Source: Cystobasidiomycetes sp. EMM_F5 (taxonomy: Eukaryota). Taken from it: a stretch of 25,455 nucleotides of DNA. Below the pieces are notes generated by a model that worked only from the letters and a program-made list of their open reading frames with translations, did not search any database and was not told the origin of the DNA. The stretch covers positions 248,001-273,455 of the forward strand of contig JBPGPT010000022.1 of the NCBI GenBank assembly GCA_051047955.1, read 5' to 3'. Of the stretch, positions 11,172-22,871 are shown piece by piece (the first letter of the stretch is position 1; each line of letters begins with the position of its first letter). Position numbers and translations under genes: made by a program.

Positions 11172-14100
11172 ATGGCATCACGGCCCGACGTGGTGTATGC
11201 TGCGCACGACTTTGAGGCCGAGAACGCAGACGAGCTTTCGTTCAAGGCCGGCGAGCGTATTATCGTCATTGAGCGCGATGACTTATACCAAGATGGCTGG
11301 TGGCAGGTGAGAAACGACGCCGTCTCAGTGAGCACTGATGACTGAATCCATCAACAGGGCGAGAACATCCGCGGAGAAAGAGGCCTATTTCCACAGACTT
11401 ACACAAAGGCGACGGCCGACGAGCACGTTGTCGCGGCGACTGCGACTGAGCCAACAACAGCGGATCAGGCGCATCACGAATCCGCACAGCACGGATCTAC
11501 CGATATGCGAGCCACGATAGACGAAGTGCAGAGCCACCTCGACGGAATGACTTCCGGCGGCAGCAATGGCCACGCTTATCAGGCACCTCCTGCCATCCCT
11601 GCTGCCTCAGCTGAAGCATCAACGGGAGCCCCGCCGGTCGATACACCAATGTCAGATGACATTTCAATCCATTCGCGCTCGACTCACGACGAGACGACCA
11701 GCTCCCATGCGGGTCATGAGGGAACTGGCAACGCGAAAGATAATCTCATGCGCAACGTCCAATTAGCAAAGGACAAGGAAGAGCGCAAGCGTCAGGCCGA
11801 GGAGCAATACCGCGAGGCAGAACGAGCGCGTATGGCTAATGAAGCGCCTCCTATAGCTGGCCTTGTCCTGACAGACGAGAGCGACAACGAGGACGACAAC
11901 GCTGTCGACGATGATTCCGAAGACGAGATATTTCCTTCCAGAGGACCACAGTATACGTCAAGCGCAGCTATGCCTCCAGTCACGGCCGCGACACCCACCA
12001 TGGCAGCAGTGGACTCCACCCCTCAACCAGCGGCTTCTGAACGCTTTTCCGGTCTAGGTGCATCTACGGCTCTACCGGACGGTGTCCCTACGTCCGCAAC
12101 AAGCTCTCGAGTGGTCTCCATGTCACCATCTGCAGCTGTTCCGCAACCCGCCAGCTTGCAAACGGTTACCGAAACACCTTCGTCACAGGCTCAAGATACT
12201 CCTGTACCACACGCCGGGCATTTCAGGAGTGCCTCATCCAGCATGTATCGTCCGACACCGCCTTTGCAAGCAGGACCAGACGCGGACAGACAGATAACGA
12301 GCTTAGTATCCAGTCCGTTGCAATCGCACATGCAACAGGAGTCGTCTTCGGAACAAGAAGTACTAGTGCACGACCGCTCTCCGATCATCATCAACGACAA
12401 TCTTGCCCTATCCGACTCTCCGGAAGACGCGGTAAATCCAGAAGCATCCAGCTTAGCGCGTTCGCCGAACCTGAGTTCCTCGCAGACGCCTGTCGCATCA
12501 TTCGCGCCGGCCGCATTACCTCTCACAAATACTCACCATGGCCACAGTCCGTCTTATCCGTCTGCTGAATCTTCCTCTTCCCGTCCCGCAAGTGCTCTGG
12601 GCTCCGCCTTCACGCCGGCAACTACATCCGGATTCCAGCAATCTCCTCGCAGTGCAATCTTCGCAAAGATGCGTGGCGCGTCTTCTGACCCTCGCGAATG
12701 GTCCGTTGAGCAAGTGGTTGAGTGGGGCCAATCGAAAGGGTTTGATCCATCTATTTTGTCGAAATTCAGGGGTGAGTGCAAATTCAGGCAGATTGTGACC
12801 ACCATACCTAACCAGTCCAATAGAACACGAGATATCGGGCGACGTTTTGGTCGACATGGATATGAACAGTTTGAAGGAGATTGATATATTAACATTTGGT
12901 CCACGAGCTAAGATTGCAAAGGGCATCAAGGAGTTGCGAGCATCGTATGAGCCCGCTTCGGTTCTGTCTCCGACCGAGTCCAATGACAGTGGAAGCATCA
13001 ACAGGGGCTCGCATCACGGCAGCAACAAAGGGGAGCGATACGCACCGGAAGCTATTCCAGAAAACGAAGCCCTGTCTACCGACTTCCGCGGTCTTGGGTT
13101 GCAGCAGTCTGGATACAGCCCGAATGCTTCAACCATGGGCCGATCACCGAGTACAGCGACTGCTACTGTGCAACCTGCCAGTAACGACGCGACAGAGGAG
13201 ATTCGGGATGACAGATTGCCATCAGCAGTGAGCAGCCTAATCCATCTACTGACACTGACTTGCTGACTCTATCCGGTGCAGTCTACGAGCCTCGATATGC
13301 CAAGACAACGCAGCTCGCTTGGATCCGCTGTGTCAGGAGCTTTCGGTTTCCACGGTAAACAGAAGAGCGTTTCTTCCACCTCAGGAGTTGAGCGCGAACC
13401 TGAGAAAGAAGGAGCCGCGAGAAGTAGTAAAGGTATATTCAGCGGACCGCTTGGACGAACGCGGAAGCCGCCGCCTACATATAATAGGTAAGAAACTTCA
13501 TTGAACTGCCTTCACTTCCGACTGACCATTTGGCAAAGTGTTTCCGACGTGCCTGTCACCGAGAAACCAGCGCCGCAGCCTCAACGTCAATCCGTTATCC
13601 AGCCGTCTCCGAGCTCGGGCAGATTCGGCAGTCGTTTCTTCAGCGGCACTTCGCCTTCCGCTTCCCCAAATCCGAATTCTACAATCAACAAAGGAAACAT
13701 ATCGAGCCCAATACCGACTGAAGAGTATGCAGAGGTACCAGCTGTCGAAGTGCCGCCAGATGCCACCGCGTCACCTCCGCCGATCGATGCTGCCGCACCG
13801 GTCAAGCGGGATGTACGTGCAGCACCGACACCGCCACCTCAAAAGCCAACGCAGATGCCTGTCAGCGCAGCTGGAAAGATTGGCACTCCGGACTTGGCCG
13901 GGTACTTGCGCAAGAAGGCAGAGAGATACAATATCTGGAAAGATCGCTACCTCATCCTCAAGGACCGATTCTTGTACATCTTGAAAAGTCCGACAGACGA
14001 AAAATTGGTGGCTTGGATAGACCTGGCCGGGTACAGATTTATCTCAGATGGCACCGTCGGCGGAACCTTCAGCGAAAAGGCGCGATACGGCTTCAAAGCA

Positions 14101-15218
14101 GTACACGAGAAGAAGCCGACCCACTATTTTGGCTCTAGTGATAGCGTGACTATCCGCAATTGGATGAAGACTCTCATGAAAGCAACCATTGGGCGAGACT
14201 ATTCAGGTATGCGTATGATATAGTGTGAGGAGGCACGGTCATCCGGCTCAAGTATTTTTTTAGCTCCTGTGACTTCGTCTGCGAAGATCAAGACCATCTC
14301 ATTGGCCGTAGCTCAAGCCATGAACCCACCTCCGCGACCACCATCCCCAACCTCTGCAGCACGCGTGCAGAAAGCGAGTCTTAACGGCAACCCTATGACG
14401 CTGACTGCGCAAGACGCAGCTAAGCTGATGGGCGCAAGTGTAGTCCCATCGGCTGGAAATGGCAGCTTCTCCCCAACAGCTAGCAGTACGGGCACAACAC
14501 CGAAGCGTAAAAGCGGCAGCATGTTCCTGCCCCCTCTCCGTACCAGTGGCCGGAAGAAAACGAGCGAGGGACTGTCACCCGCTGGCAAATCGGTTTGTTG
14601 ATACGCAAGGCATTTATGACTGTACTGACCATGTACTCGCTCAGGGTGGAGCCTTCTCGCCGCCATCGGAGCAAGGCAGCCCGCAATACGCGCAGAACAG
14701 AGATTCGCAAATCATAGATCAGTACGCTCGAGACGAGAGTTTCGACTACTCACCGCACACTGCAACTGAAGATGTCAGCCAAAATCGCTATACCGAAACA
14801 ACTCCGATAGCGAGTCATCGCGATCAGGAAGTGCTAGACTGGCTTAACGATCATCTCCCTATGGGTTCAGCAAAGGCGTTGGAATGGAGCGACATGGCCA
14901 GTGGACGCATATTCGTTCGAGTCGTGGAACATTTGAGCGGAAAGTCGTCCCGCATACAACCGGCTGCATTTGACAAGTACAGGCCGACACAGCCTGGTAG
15001 AGCGCCAGATATGACGTACACGGATACCCTGTTTTCATGCTTCGATTTCTTGCTTGATCGAGGTGTAGAGGTACGTCCGTATCCGTACTTTTCACAACTG
15101 CCAGCCGATGCCGCATTCCCTGTAGATTACCGACGTTAGCGTCAACGACCTCTTGACCGGGCATCAAGGGCACATGGTCAGGCTCGGCGAAAGTATAAGA
15201 CGACGATTTGAGAGTTGA
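11172..15218 (+). CDS. BOI2: Boi1/Boi2/Pob1-like polarity scaffold: SH3 + SAM + PH, with a C-terminal CH-like domain
   Basis: SH3 (VYAAHDFEAENADELSF...DGWWQG...GLFPQTY), SAM (REWSVEQVVEW...FREHEISGDVL...LKEIDI...GPRAKIAKGIKELR), PH (GYLRKKAERYNIWKDRY...IRNWMKTLMKATIGRDYSAPVTSS). Last exon 15126-15218. Confidence 0.88.
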
Positions 15219-15327
15219 AACCGGGTTTCCGGCTGGTTTGGATGATACCATAATTCTGTGCAGGCGGCATAGCCTTGCAAAGGCTAGCATTGTGGCATTG
15301 TATTACAACATATTCGTATCTCTCCTG

Positions 15328-16559
15328 CTACCTTTCAGGCAATTCGCCCAAGTATATAGTGCGATCCGTGCCAGCGCTACATACGATATTATCTCGCGGA
15401 GAAAATGCTACCGCTGTTACAAATCCAGTATGGCCTGCGGAAATAGGGTCAGTATTCCTATATCTGAAGGAGTGCTTCACTCGTCTCACCTGGCAGCTTG
15501 TGCGTTAATCTATTCTGCTCGACATTGTAGATTGTTACGCATCGGTCCGCTCCTCCCACTGCAACGCGGATTCCATCCTTGTCCCAGGCTGCTTTTCTCA
15601 GCCAGCCTTCGAACCCGCTTGGTGCACCGGGCAGAGACTTGTACATTCTTGGATCCGCACCTTGGTCGACAGAATTAGCAGTGACAGGCGCGAATGGCCG
15701 AACATCCCAGATTTTCAGTGTGTCGTCGGCCGCGGAGGAGAGAAGGTGGGTTCCAGAGGGCGCTACTGCAAGAGAGGTGATGGTGTCGTTGTGGCCGTGC
15801 AGAGAGTACAGGACAGATTTCGTTCTCATGTCAAAGCACTGTTGGAAAGGATCCGAGTAATCAGCTCAACGACGACGTTGCCAGATGATGAGCGTGACGC
15901 ACATGTATGTCATTATCTATACCGCCTATAAACAGTTGCTGCGCATCTTCGCTCCATTTGACGGCTGTCACAGGATACCCAAGTTCGACTTGGTCGATTG
16001 GAGCTTTCGTTTCCACATCCCAGATCTTGATCAAGCCGTCGTCGCTCGCACTGGCAATGAGTTCTCTGTGACCACCTCGAGTGACGTCGACGCAATTGAC
16101 GATGCCGCGGTGTCCTCGATGCCGCCGCACCAAGACTCCGTTTGAAGTGTCAAAAGTGGCTACAGTCTTGTCTGTGGACGCGGAAAAGAGATGCGAACCA
16201 CTCGCAGGAAAGGCGATGGATGTAATTGCTCCGTTCTGTCCTCGCAACTGTCCAAAGTTGTTCTCGTCTGAGCCGTACGTCTTCCACAGGTTTATCGACT
16301 TGTCGACGCTGCCGGACGCTAGAACTTCGCCAGATGCATCAAACTTGACGTCGAGAACCTCTGCGCCGTGCCCGCTGAACTGCATTATCGGAGCCTGCAG
16401 TCCCGACGTCCGCTTTACGGCTGCTACCATCTGTCCGCCTTTGCCCTTTCCGCCGCTCGACACGACGAGCTGCTGCACCCCGTCCTGCTCGTCGTCGAAG
16501 CGTGCCCGCTTGACCAGCGCACCTCCGTCATAGTTTTCATATGGCCGCTTGCCGTCCAT
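15328..16559 (-). CDS. SNRNP40: U5 snRNP 40-kDa WD40 protein (SNRNP40/Spf38/Cwf17)
   Basis: RTSGLQAPIMQFSGHGAEV, NLWKTYG, SASTDKT, GGIDNDI, KIWDVRPFAP, GGADRCV, HKLPGHTGFV, C-terminal GTDRTIYLGEL. Two GT-AG introns; stop TAG at 15330-15328. Confidence 0.92.
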
Positions 16560-16703
16560 TTCGATATCGTTTGTTGGTCAAGAGCAGGCCTGATTGAATC
16601 AATTGATAATAATCTGATCAACGAAAGGCACTTTACAAGCAACCCAGCAGCAAATCTTGGATTCAAAACAATTCTGCTTCAAGCTATCCGTCTACCCGCC
16701 AAC
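16560..16703. promoter_or_regulatory. Compact bidirectional promoter between SNRNP40 and RRB1
   Basis: Only 144 bp separate the two divergent ATGs (16559 on -, 16704 on +). Confidence 0.6.
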
Positions 16704-18524
16704 ATGCCGCCAAAGCGACCATCATCGCCTGGCCCGTACGCTGATGGGACTGCCAGCGCAAAATCAGCAGCTACGCTAAACCGGGAGCGTGCTAGAAATG
16801 GCTTGAACGGCCAGGACGAGCAAGACCCTCGCGGGCAGTTTGAGGATGACTGGGAGGACGAGTTTGAGGAGGAAGAGGCAGAAGACGGCGACAGCGAGTT
16901 TGGCGAGAATGACGACGAAAATGGGGAAAACGAGACTGGCGTCGAAAACCAAGTGGATGGTCAGGAAAGATTTTGTCAAATATCATAAATGGTCTGTAGG
17001 CTGAGCGAGATTCACACAGCCATGGATATTGAGAAAGACGGCGACAAAGACGAGACAAAGGCCTACTTGCCTGGCCTTGGGCAGGGCGACAAGCTGGCTG
17101 AAGATGAAGAATTAGTGGCGGACATGTCTTGTATGTGTGTATGCTCTGCTAGGCTCTGCACTTGGCTGATTTGGTCGCTTATACAGCCTACGTATTTCTC
17201 CATCACGCACGCTTGACGTGGCCGTGTCTATCATTTGACGTGCTGCGAGATGTACGTGCGATACACGCTGCATCATGCAATTGTGTGCTCATCTGACGAG
17301 TAACCCTAGAATGACGGAGATCACCGAATGAAGGCGCCGTATAGCGCTTGTATTGTAGCCGGCACTCAGGCCGATGCAACGGGTGGACCGTCTAGTTCAA
17401 ACGAAGTAGCCGTCATGCGCTTCGAGGGAATGTCAAAGACGAAAAAGAGGAAGGGCGAGGATGATGAGGACGATGATGACTCCGACGACGACGATGATAG
17501 CGACGACGGCAACGTAGACGACGATGCAACTCTCACATATCGATCTATCCCGCATGCAGGAGGTGTTAATCGCATACGCGCGCAGCAAATGCCAATGCCC
17601 TACTCTGTCCATGCGCCGGAACCGCCGCAGGGCAAATATCACGTCGCTACCTTCAGCGAAACAGGAAGAGTCCATGTCTTCGACATCGCCCCGCATCTTG
17701 CATCGATTCAATCCCCATCAATCCATAGCGGCGCCAATTTGCCCAACAAGCCTGTGTTCTCCAGCGATGCTCACAAGAGAGCGGAAGGATTCGCTTTGGC
17801 CTGGTCGCCAGCCTTGCCGAATGCAAACGTTACACGGCTCTTGTCTGGCGATGTCCATTCAAAAATATACATGACAAACATGACAAGCACCGGTTTTGAA
17901 GTATCCTCGGGTGTGCCGTTCGCTTCGCACACATCATCTGTAGAGGATATTCAGTGGTCTCCCGTTGAAAGTACTGTTTTCGGATCGGTGTCTGCCGACC
18001 GTTCTATGCGCATTTGGGATATCCGGATACCGAACCGCAAGAGCGTCATCAACTGCTCTAGTGCGCATGATTCAGATGTCAACGTGATGAGCTGGAATGC
18101 TGCAGCCAGCTCATCGTATCTCATTGTTACCGGAGGTGACGAGGGGGCTCTGAAAGTGTGGGACTTGCGAAATATGAAGCCCAGCAAAAGCGGTAGCGAA
18201 AAAACTCAGCCGGTCGCAAACTTCCAATGGCATCAATCGCCTATCACATCTGTAGAATGGCATCCTACGGAAGATTCGTGCTTTGCAGCCTCATCTGCCG
18301 ATGATTCTGTCACGCTTTGGGATCTCAGCGTTGAGCTGGATACGGAAGAGCGCGCGCAGGTCACCGACAGCACCGACAAGATCAAGGATGTGCCACCTCA
18401 ATTGCTGTTCGTGCATCAAGGGCAAAAGGAAATCAAGGAAGTGCACTGGCATCCTCAGATCCCAGGGACAGTCATATCTACTAGCTTGGATAACTTTGCC
18501 ATCTTTAAGACTATTTCTGTTTGA
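16704..18524 (+). CDS. RRB1: Ribosome assembly protein RRB1 / GRWD1 (glutamate-rich WD40 protein)
   Basis: Acidic N-terminus GQFEDDWEDEFEEEE, TWPCLSFDVLRD, IVAGTQA, IPHAGGVNRIR, EGFALAWS, HTSSVEDIQWSP, AHDSDVNVMSWN, ITSVEWHP, VPPQLLFVHQGQKEIKEVHWHPQIPG...FKTISV. Three introns. Confidence 0.95.
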
Positions 18525-18718
18525 GGTTTTGATGACGAAGCAGTGAAGAAATGTTACTGTTGTCAAGACTAGTTGGGGGAGAGTAAGTGCTTGAGAGAAA
18601 ACGACGAAAGAGGTCTACACAGGTGATGCTAAATTGCCAACGGCTCAGACATGCTAATTAACTGCTATAATGCCCAGTAACGGAGTGCATCCTGCTGCAT
18701 AGCGGACGGTTGGCCCCG

Positions 18719-19664
18719 CTAATTCAGGTTTGTTTTCCAGCGGAAAGACGTCGGACTCTGTCTTTCATAGTATTCCGCTCGCGATAGGAGAGAGTATGGC
18801 TGACTCCTGACGCCGTCTGGCTTTTTGGCCCGAGCCAATCCGCTCGCGAATCGAGCGCCATCGTTGGTTTTGTAACCCTTGAACGGTACTGAGATTGGAA
18901 CTCCAGGAATAGGCAGTCCTGGTATGGTGCGAGCGCTGTGGACACTTTGCACGGGCGTTCCTACATTTGTAGATTGCGCAGTTGATGCATTTGATACAGT
19001 CAGAGGTCCGTCCATCGTATGCGAATCTTGCCATTGCGCTGAAGTCTGCAGATCGTCCGGCAGGGACTGAGCAGATCGTGGGCGAACAATCTCGCTTGTG
19101 GTCTGCTGGATGACAGGCAACCATCTGGAGTGCTAATCAGTAGGCTTCATATAGTAGGTTCTGTTCCACTTACTGTGAGAGGGATGTCAGGTACGCTACG
19201 TCTCGCGACAAGGCAGCGTTAGCCTTCTCTAAGTCGAGGTTTTCTTGACACTTGGACTGATACGCCGAATGCAAATTTCGAAAAGCGACCAGAAGTTCCG
19301 CCTCTTTGTCTCTGGGTGATGCTTGACTAGCTGACGTTGGCAATAAGTTGTGGTTATTTTGCGAAACGGTAAAGGCTGGCAGCAGCGACCGAGGCGTAGC
19401 ATCGATTCCAGATATCGCTTGAAGCTCGGTGGACGCAGGTACAGTGGGATTCGCAGCAAAGGAAATCGTTGCGGTATCGAACGTGGTATAGTTCGTGGGC
19501 TCCGCGCTTAGAGTATCGTCGGAACCGTATAAGAGAGGAGCTGCAGAGCTCACGTCCGCAGACGGGTGACCTGGGCTGCTACTCAGAAGATCGAAGAAAT
19601 TTGGAGGGACGGTAGGCGGTGTCAGGACTGCCTGGAAAGGCGGGGCGGTATTGGCGGAATTCAT
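18719..19664 (-). CDS. Hypothetical protein (at least 298 aa), low-complexity with a central coiled coil/leucine zipper; 5' end uncertain
   Basis: ORFs 19664-19174 and 19124-18719 join in frame through intron 19173-19125 (GTAAGT...CTGAT...CCAG). An acceptor-like CTACCAG just upstream of the ATG suggests there may be further 5' exons. Confidence 0.7.
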
Positions 19665-20055
19665 TGAACAGGCTGGTAGGATCAGGTAGCATCAGTTCTC
19701 CAGCCTTGTCACTGTCCAGGTCAGCATTGTATGTCAGACACTGAGAAGGGTAAAGCAGGTCGCGGAAGGCATATCGAGGCGCCATCGTGCGCTTGTGATC
19801 AATCATTCCCGTCGTCAAGTAAAGGAGGCGCACATATCCGCTGCGATATATCCGCAACCGCGTCGGACACACTTGCGCCTCCTTTTGGTCATTGTCAGTG
19901 GGTCCGTGCTCTGAGTGATGGTGTTGCAAAGTAGGCGACGATGCTGCGGAGTCCGGTCAGAGTCCAGGCTATACTGTCAGTAGAGTCTGTTATTCTGTAT
20001 GAATTAAATGGATGAATTAAGTCAGCTTCGATGGTTGCAATCAGTCTGACCACCA

Positions 20056-20990
20056 ATGCGTCTGTCCATTCTGTCAGTAGCATGGACGCTCTGGAGCGTG
20101 CACGCAGCAATTACTGTGACTGACCGCGAGACCATATCTGAAGCTGGTGCGGTCAATTGTAGCTGGTTTGACCTTCCAATCTGAACCGGGTACATCTTCC
20201 AGCCGCACATGCTCGAGATCTGCTACAGTATCGCAGCGATGGCATGGGAACCTTGATATCCGTCTTTCCTGGCGACTACAGCGACGCGGGCTTAGCGGAT
20301 CAAGCTATCGGACTGATGGAGTACTTCGCGCCAAGCGATGATGGGCATCTATACATTCTGGCAATGCCCATCTCAAAGGTCGGTAATCAACAGATGTGTC
20401 GTGCTAATTACCCTTCGAACGACTGAAAGTATTCGACTGTCTTATGTTTATGCGAATGTAGACCGTCCACAACGCCGTATCATCACCACATCATAACGCC
20501 ACGTTCTCCGTGATGGATCAAGCTGCCGAAAGGCGTATCGGGAGAATCGGGGCAACAGATCGCAACAGGATGGCTCTGTTCGGGCATCTTGAACGCTTGC
20601 ATAGCGACGAGGAGATCAAGACCGCAGAGACCACCTTTGCTCACTATCATAAAGATGCACGAGCATACTTTCCGCCGAACGGCCCGCACTATGGGTTCTG
20701 GGCAGTATTTAAGGTCGACAGGTGAGCACAGGCGGTGGATCTATCTACCTTGCGCGTATTGACATTGAGGTTCATCAAGGGTTTACTGGCTAGGCGGGTT
20801 TGGCGATAGACATTACATCGGTATACTGCGAATCTGCAGATTTCCGAGGAAAGCAGCTGAGATTTGACTTTCTACAGGATGGCTTCCTATGGATCTATAC
20901 CGATCGTCCAGACCTCAGCGCGGACGCAAGCAGATCAAATTGCTAAAGCAGTCCCCTGAGCCTGAAATACAGTATATGAACATGCCTTAA
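20056..20990 (+). CDS. Secreted CREG-like / pyridoxamine 5'-phosphate oxidase-like split-barrel protein
   Basis: Spliced frame: signal-peptide-like MRLSILSVAWTLWSVHA, ETISEAAAHARDLL, GTLISVFP, AIGLMEYFA, RMALFGHL, YHKDARAYFP...HYGFWAVFKVDRVYWLGGFGDRHYIGWLP. Stop TAA at 20988-20990. Confidence 0.85.
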
Positions 20991-21059
20991 ATGCTGTAGT
21001 TGAGATATTATCAGTACACGAGGTGTTCTCCCATCGTTCAGATGTGACTAAGCGGTTGA

Positions 21060-22307
21060 TTATGCCAGGAGCTTGGCCAGCGGCCGTATTGCCCATAAGC
21101 TGAGGGCGATGATGACTGGCGCAAATTCGAGCGACCCAAACAACGATTCATGTACAGAAGCATACCCAAAGACGCCTGACGATGTGCAATTCAGCTGCAA
21201 CCACACAAACACGGCGGCTAGTCGGACATCACTTACCCTCGGCTGTCTCTGCCAGTCTGAACAGTGTTCGCAGCCATACCGCTAGCGACGAGGTGATCAG
21301 AACAATGAAGAAGAGAGTCGGTATCTTTGCTCGGTTAGTCAAGCCACTCTTCTCGGTGTCGGCCGTCATGGCCACGCTCGAGTCGCCATGGGTGTCTGAG
21401 ACGCTCAGCTTGCTGTTTCTGCGCATCGTGACAACAACGAGAATCAGAAAGACCAGAAAGGATGCACTCTGACGACTTTGTCAGCTTTGTTTTGCAGGGT
21501 TGATCACAGCAACTCACTTGCACCGACAGACCGGTGAGAAGAATATCGTTTGCTGCATCCGTTTGTATGAATGGCACCTTGCCCTGCGAGCGCGCACTCT
21601 CGCTTACCCCGATAAAAGCCGCACCCAGTACTTGAAGAGCAGTAGTCACGACGTCGATGACGACAAACACGATGACGACTACTTTCGGTCGGAGGGGCAG
21701 GATTCGAGGATCGTGCTGGCGTACGGCAATGGAGAGCGAGAGGTACAGAGCTGCCGTGAAGAAGACGGGCGCCTATACGTGTATTCGCTTAAGCAGGCGA
21801 GTATATTTTGTACCAAAAATGCTTACGCAAACAATCATGAAATACTGTGAAAAAAAACTAAGCGCGAATACGATGGTGACGGTGGTGGTCACCTCACTTG
21901 AATAATGAAGCTATTGACTACGAAAGGGTTTGCAGCGGATGCTTTTCGAAACCCGTAGCCGACCAGCTCCATCAACTACGCGCAAATGCAGGACACAGTC
22001 AGTGCTCAGCCCCATCGAGCAATCAGCTTTCCGCTCACGCATCCGAACGACAGAAGAAACTGGAATGTGCGGGTTGTGCGATGCCTGATGAAATAGAACG
22101 CATGGAGGACGAAGGCTAGTCCAAAGCACACGATGGCGGTGATGGCTAGGGCGTTCGAAGGGACATAGCTGAGTAATTGGAAAGCTGTCAGCTAAAGACG
22201 CGGTGTCTGAGATTACGCACTTACCCGTATATCGATATCCGGCTTTCGCCATCGGGCAGCGGTCGTTTGGTATTGTATGGGCCGGTATACTGCGGCAGGC
22301 CAGACAT
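21060..22307 (-). CDS. RTA1-family (lipid-translocating exporter) multi-pass membrane protein
   Basis: Spliced MSGLPQ...SIYGYVPSNALAITAIVCFG, FVVIDVVTTALQVLGAA, ILLTGLSVQ, RTLFRLAETAEG, HESLFGSLEFAPVIIA. Multiple hydrophobic segments; stop at 21062-21060. Confidence 0.9.
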
Positions 22308-22781
22308 CAGTCGAGCTTTATGGGCGTCAGCTGTCAGTCGTGATGCAAACCCGCGTCACATATTGGGATCGCTTGGCGGCCGTCTTTCAGCCGGCGACCG
22401 ATCGCGCACATCCACGCTCTGATGCCTGCAGCGGGTTGCTACCGTGCAATCTACGAATATCATCATGTCGTGAATTCCGCTGCTCGTTGGGACAGGAGCT
22501 GACCACTGCAGCTGAACGGCCTTTTCCAAGAACTAATTGCGATTACCTGGAAATACTATTAGAACCAAGGACAAAAGCGCAGACTGAGCCGCGCTGTTAT
22601 ACTTTTAGCCCACACTCTGCGTAGATCAACGTCGCGCTGATTAGCGTCGTCAGCGACTCGGTCCAAAGCTCGGGTATCGCTGACTCCTGAATCAGCTGGC
22701 GTGGATGACAAAGATTGACGAGACTAAGGTCTGGGCGCCTTAGCTGAGCAATCTGATGACGAAAGAACGCAATCTACAGGG

Positions 22782-22789
22782 TATAAGAA
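22782..22789 (+). promoter_or_regulatory. Putative TATA element of the SDR gene
   Basis: TATAAGAA about 90 nt upstream of ATG 22872, followed by a pyrimidine-rich stretch. Confidence 0.35.
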
Positions 22790-22871
22790 GGCAGTGCTAA
22801 AGCTCGCGCTCTCTTGTCATTGCTATATGCTGCACGCTTCCATCTCCGCCAGACAACCTTTATACCATACA

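Noticed and set aside
17458..17526. GAY trinucleotide-like repeat
   Set aside because: It encodes the ordinary poly-Asp tract of RRB1/GRWD1.
21911..22252. ORF-track start MAKAGYRY for the RTA1-family gene
   Set aside because: Wrong frame. The ATG at 22307 splices in frame to the conserved YGYVPS motif.
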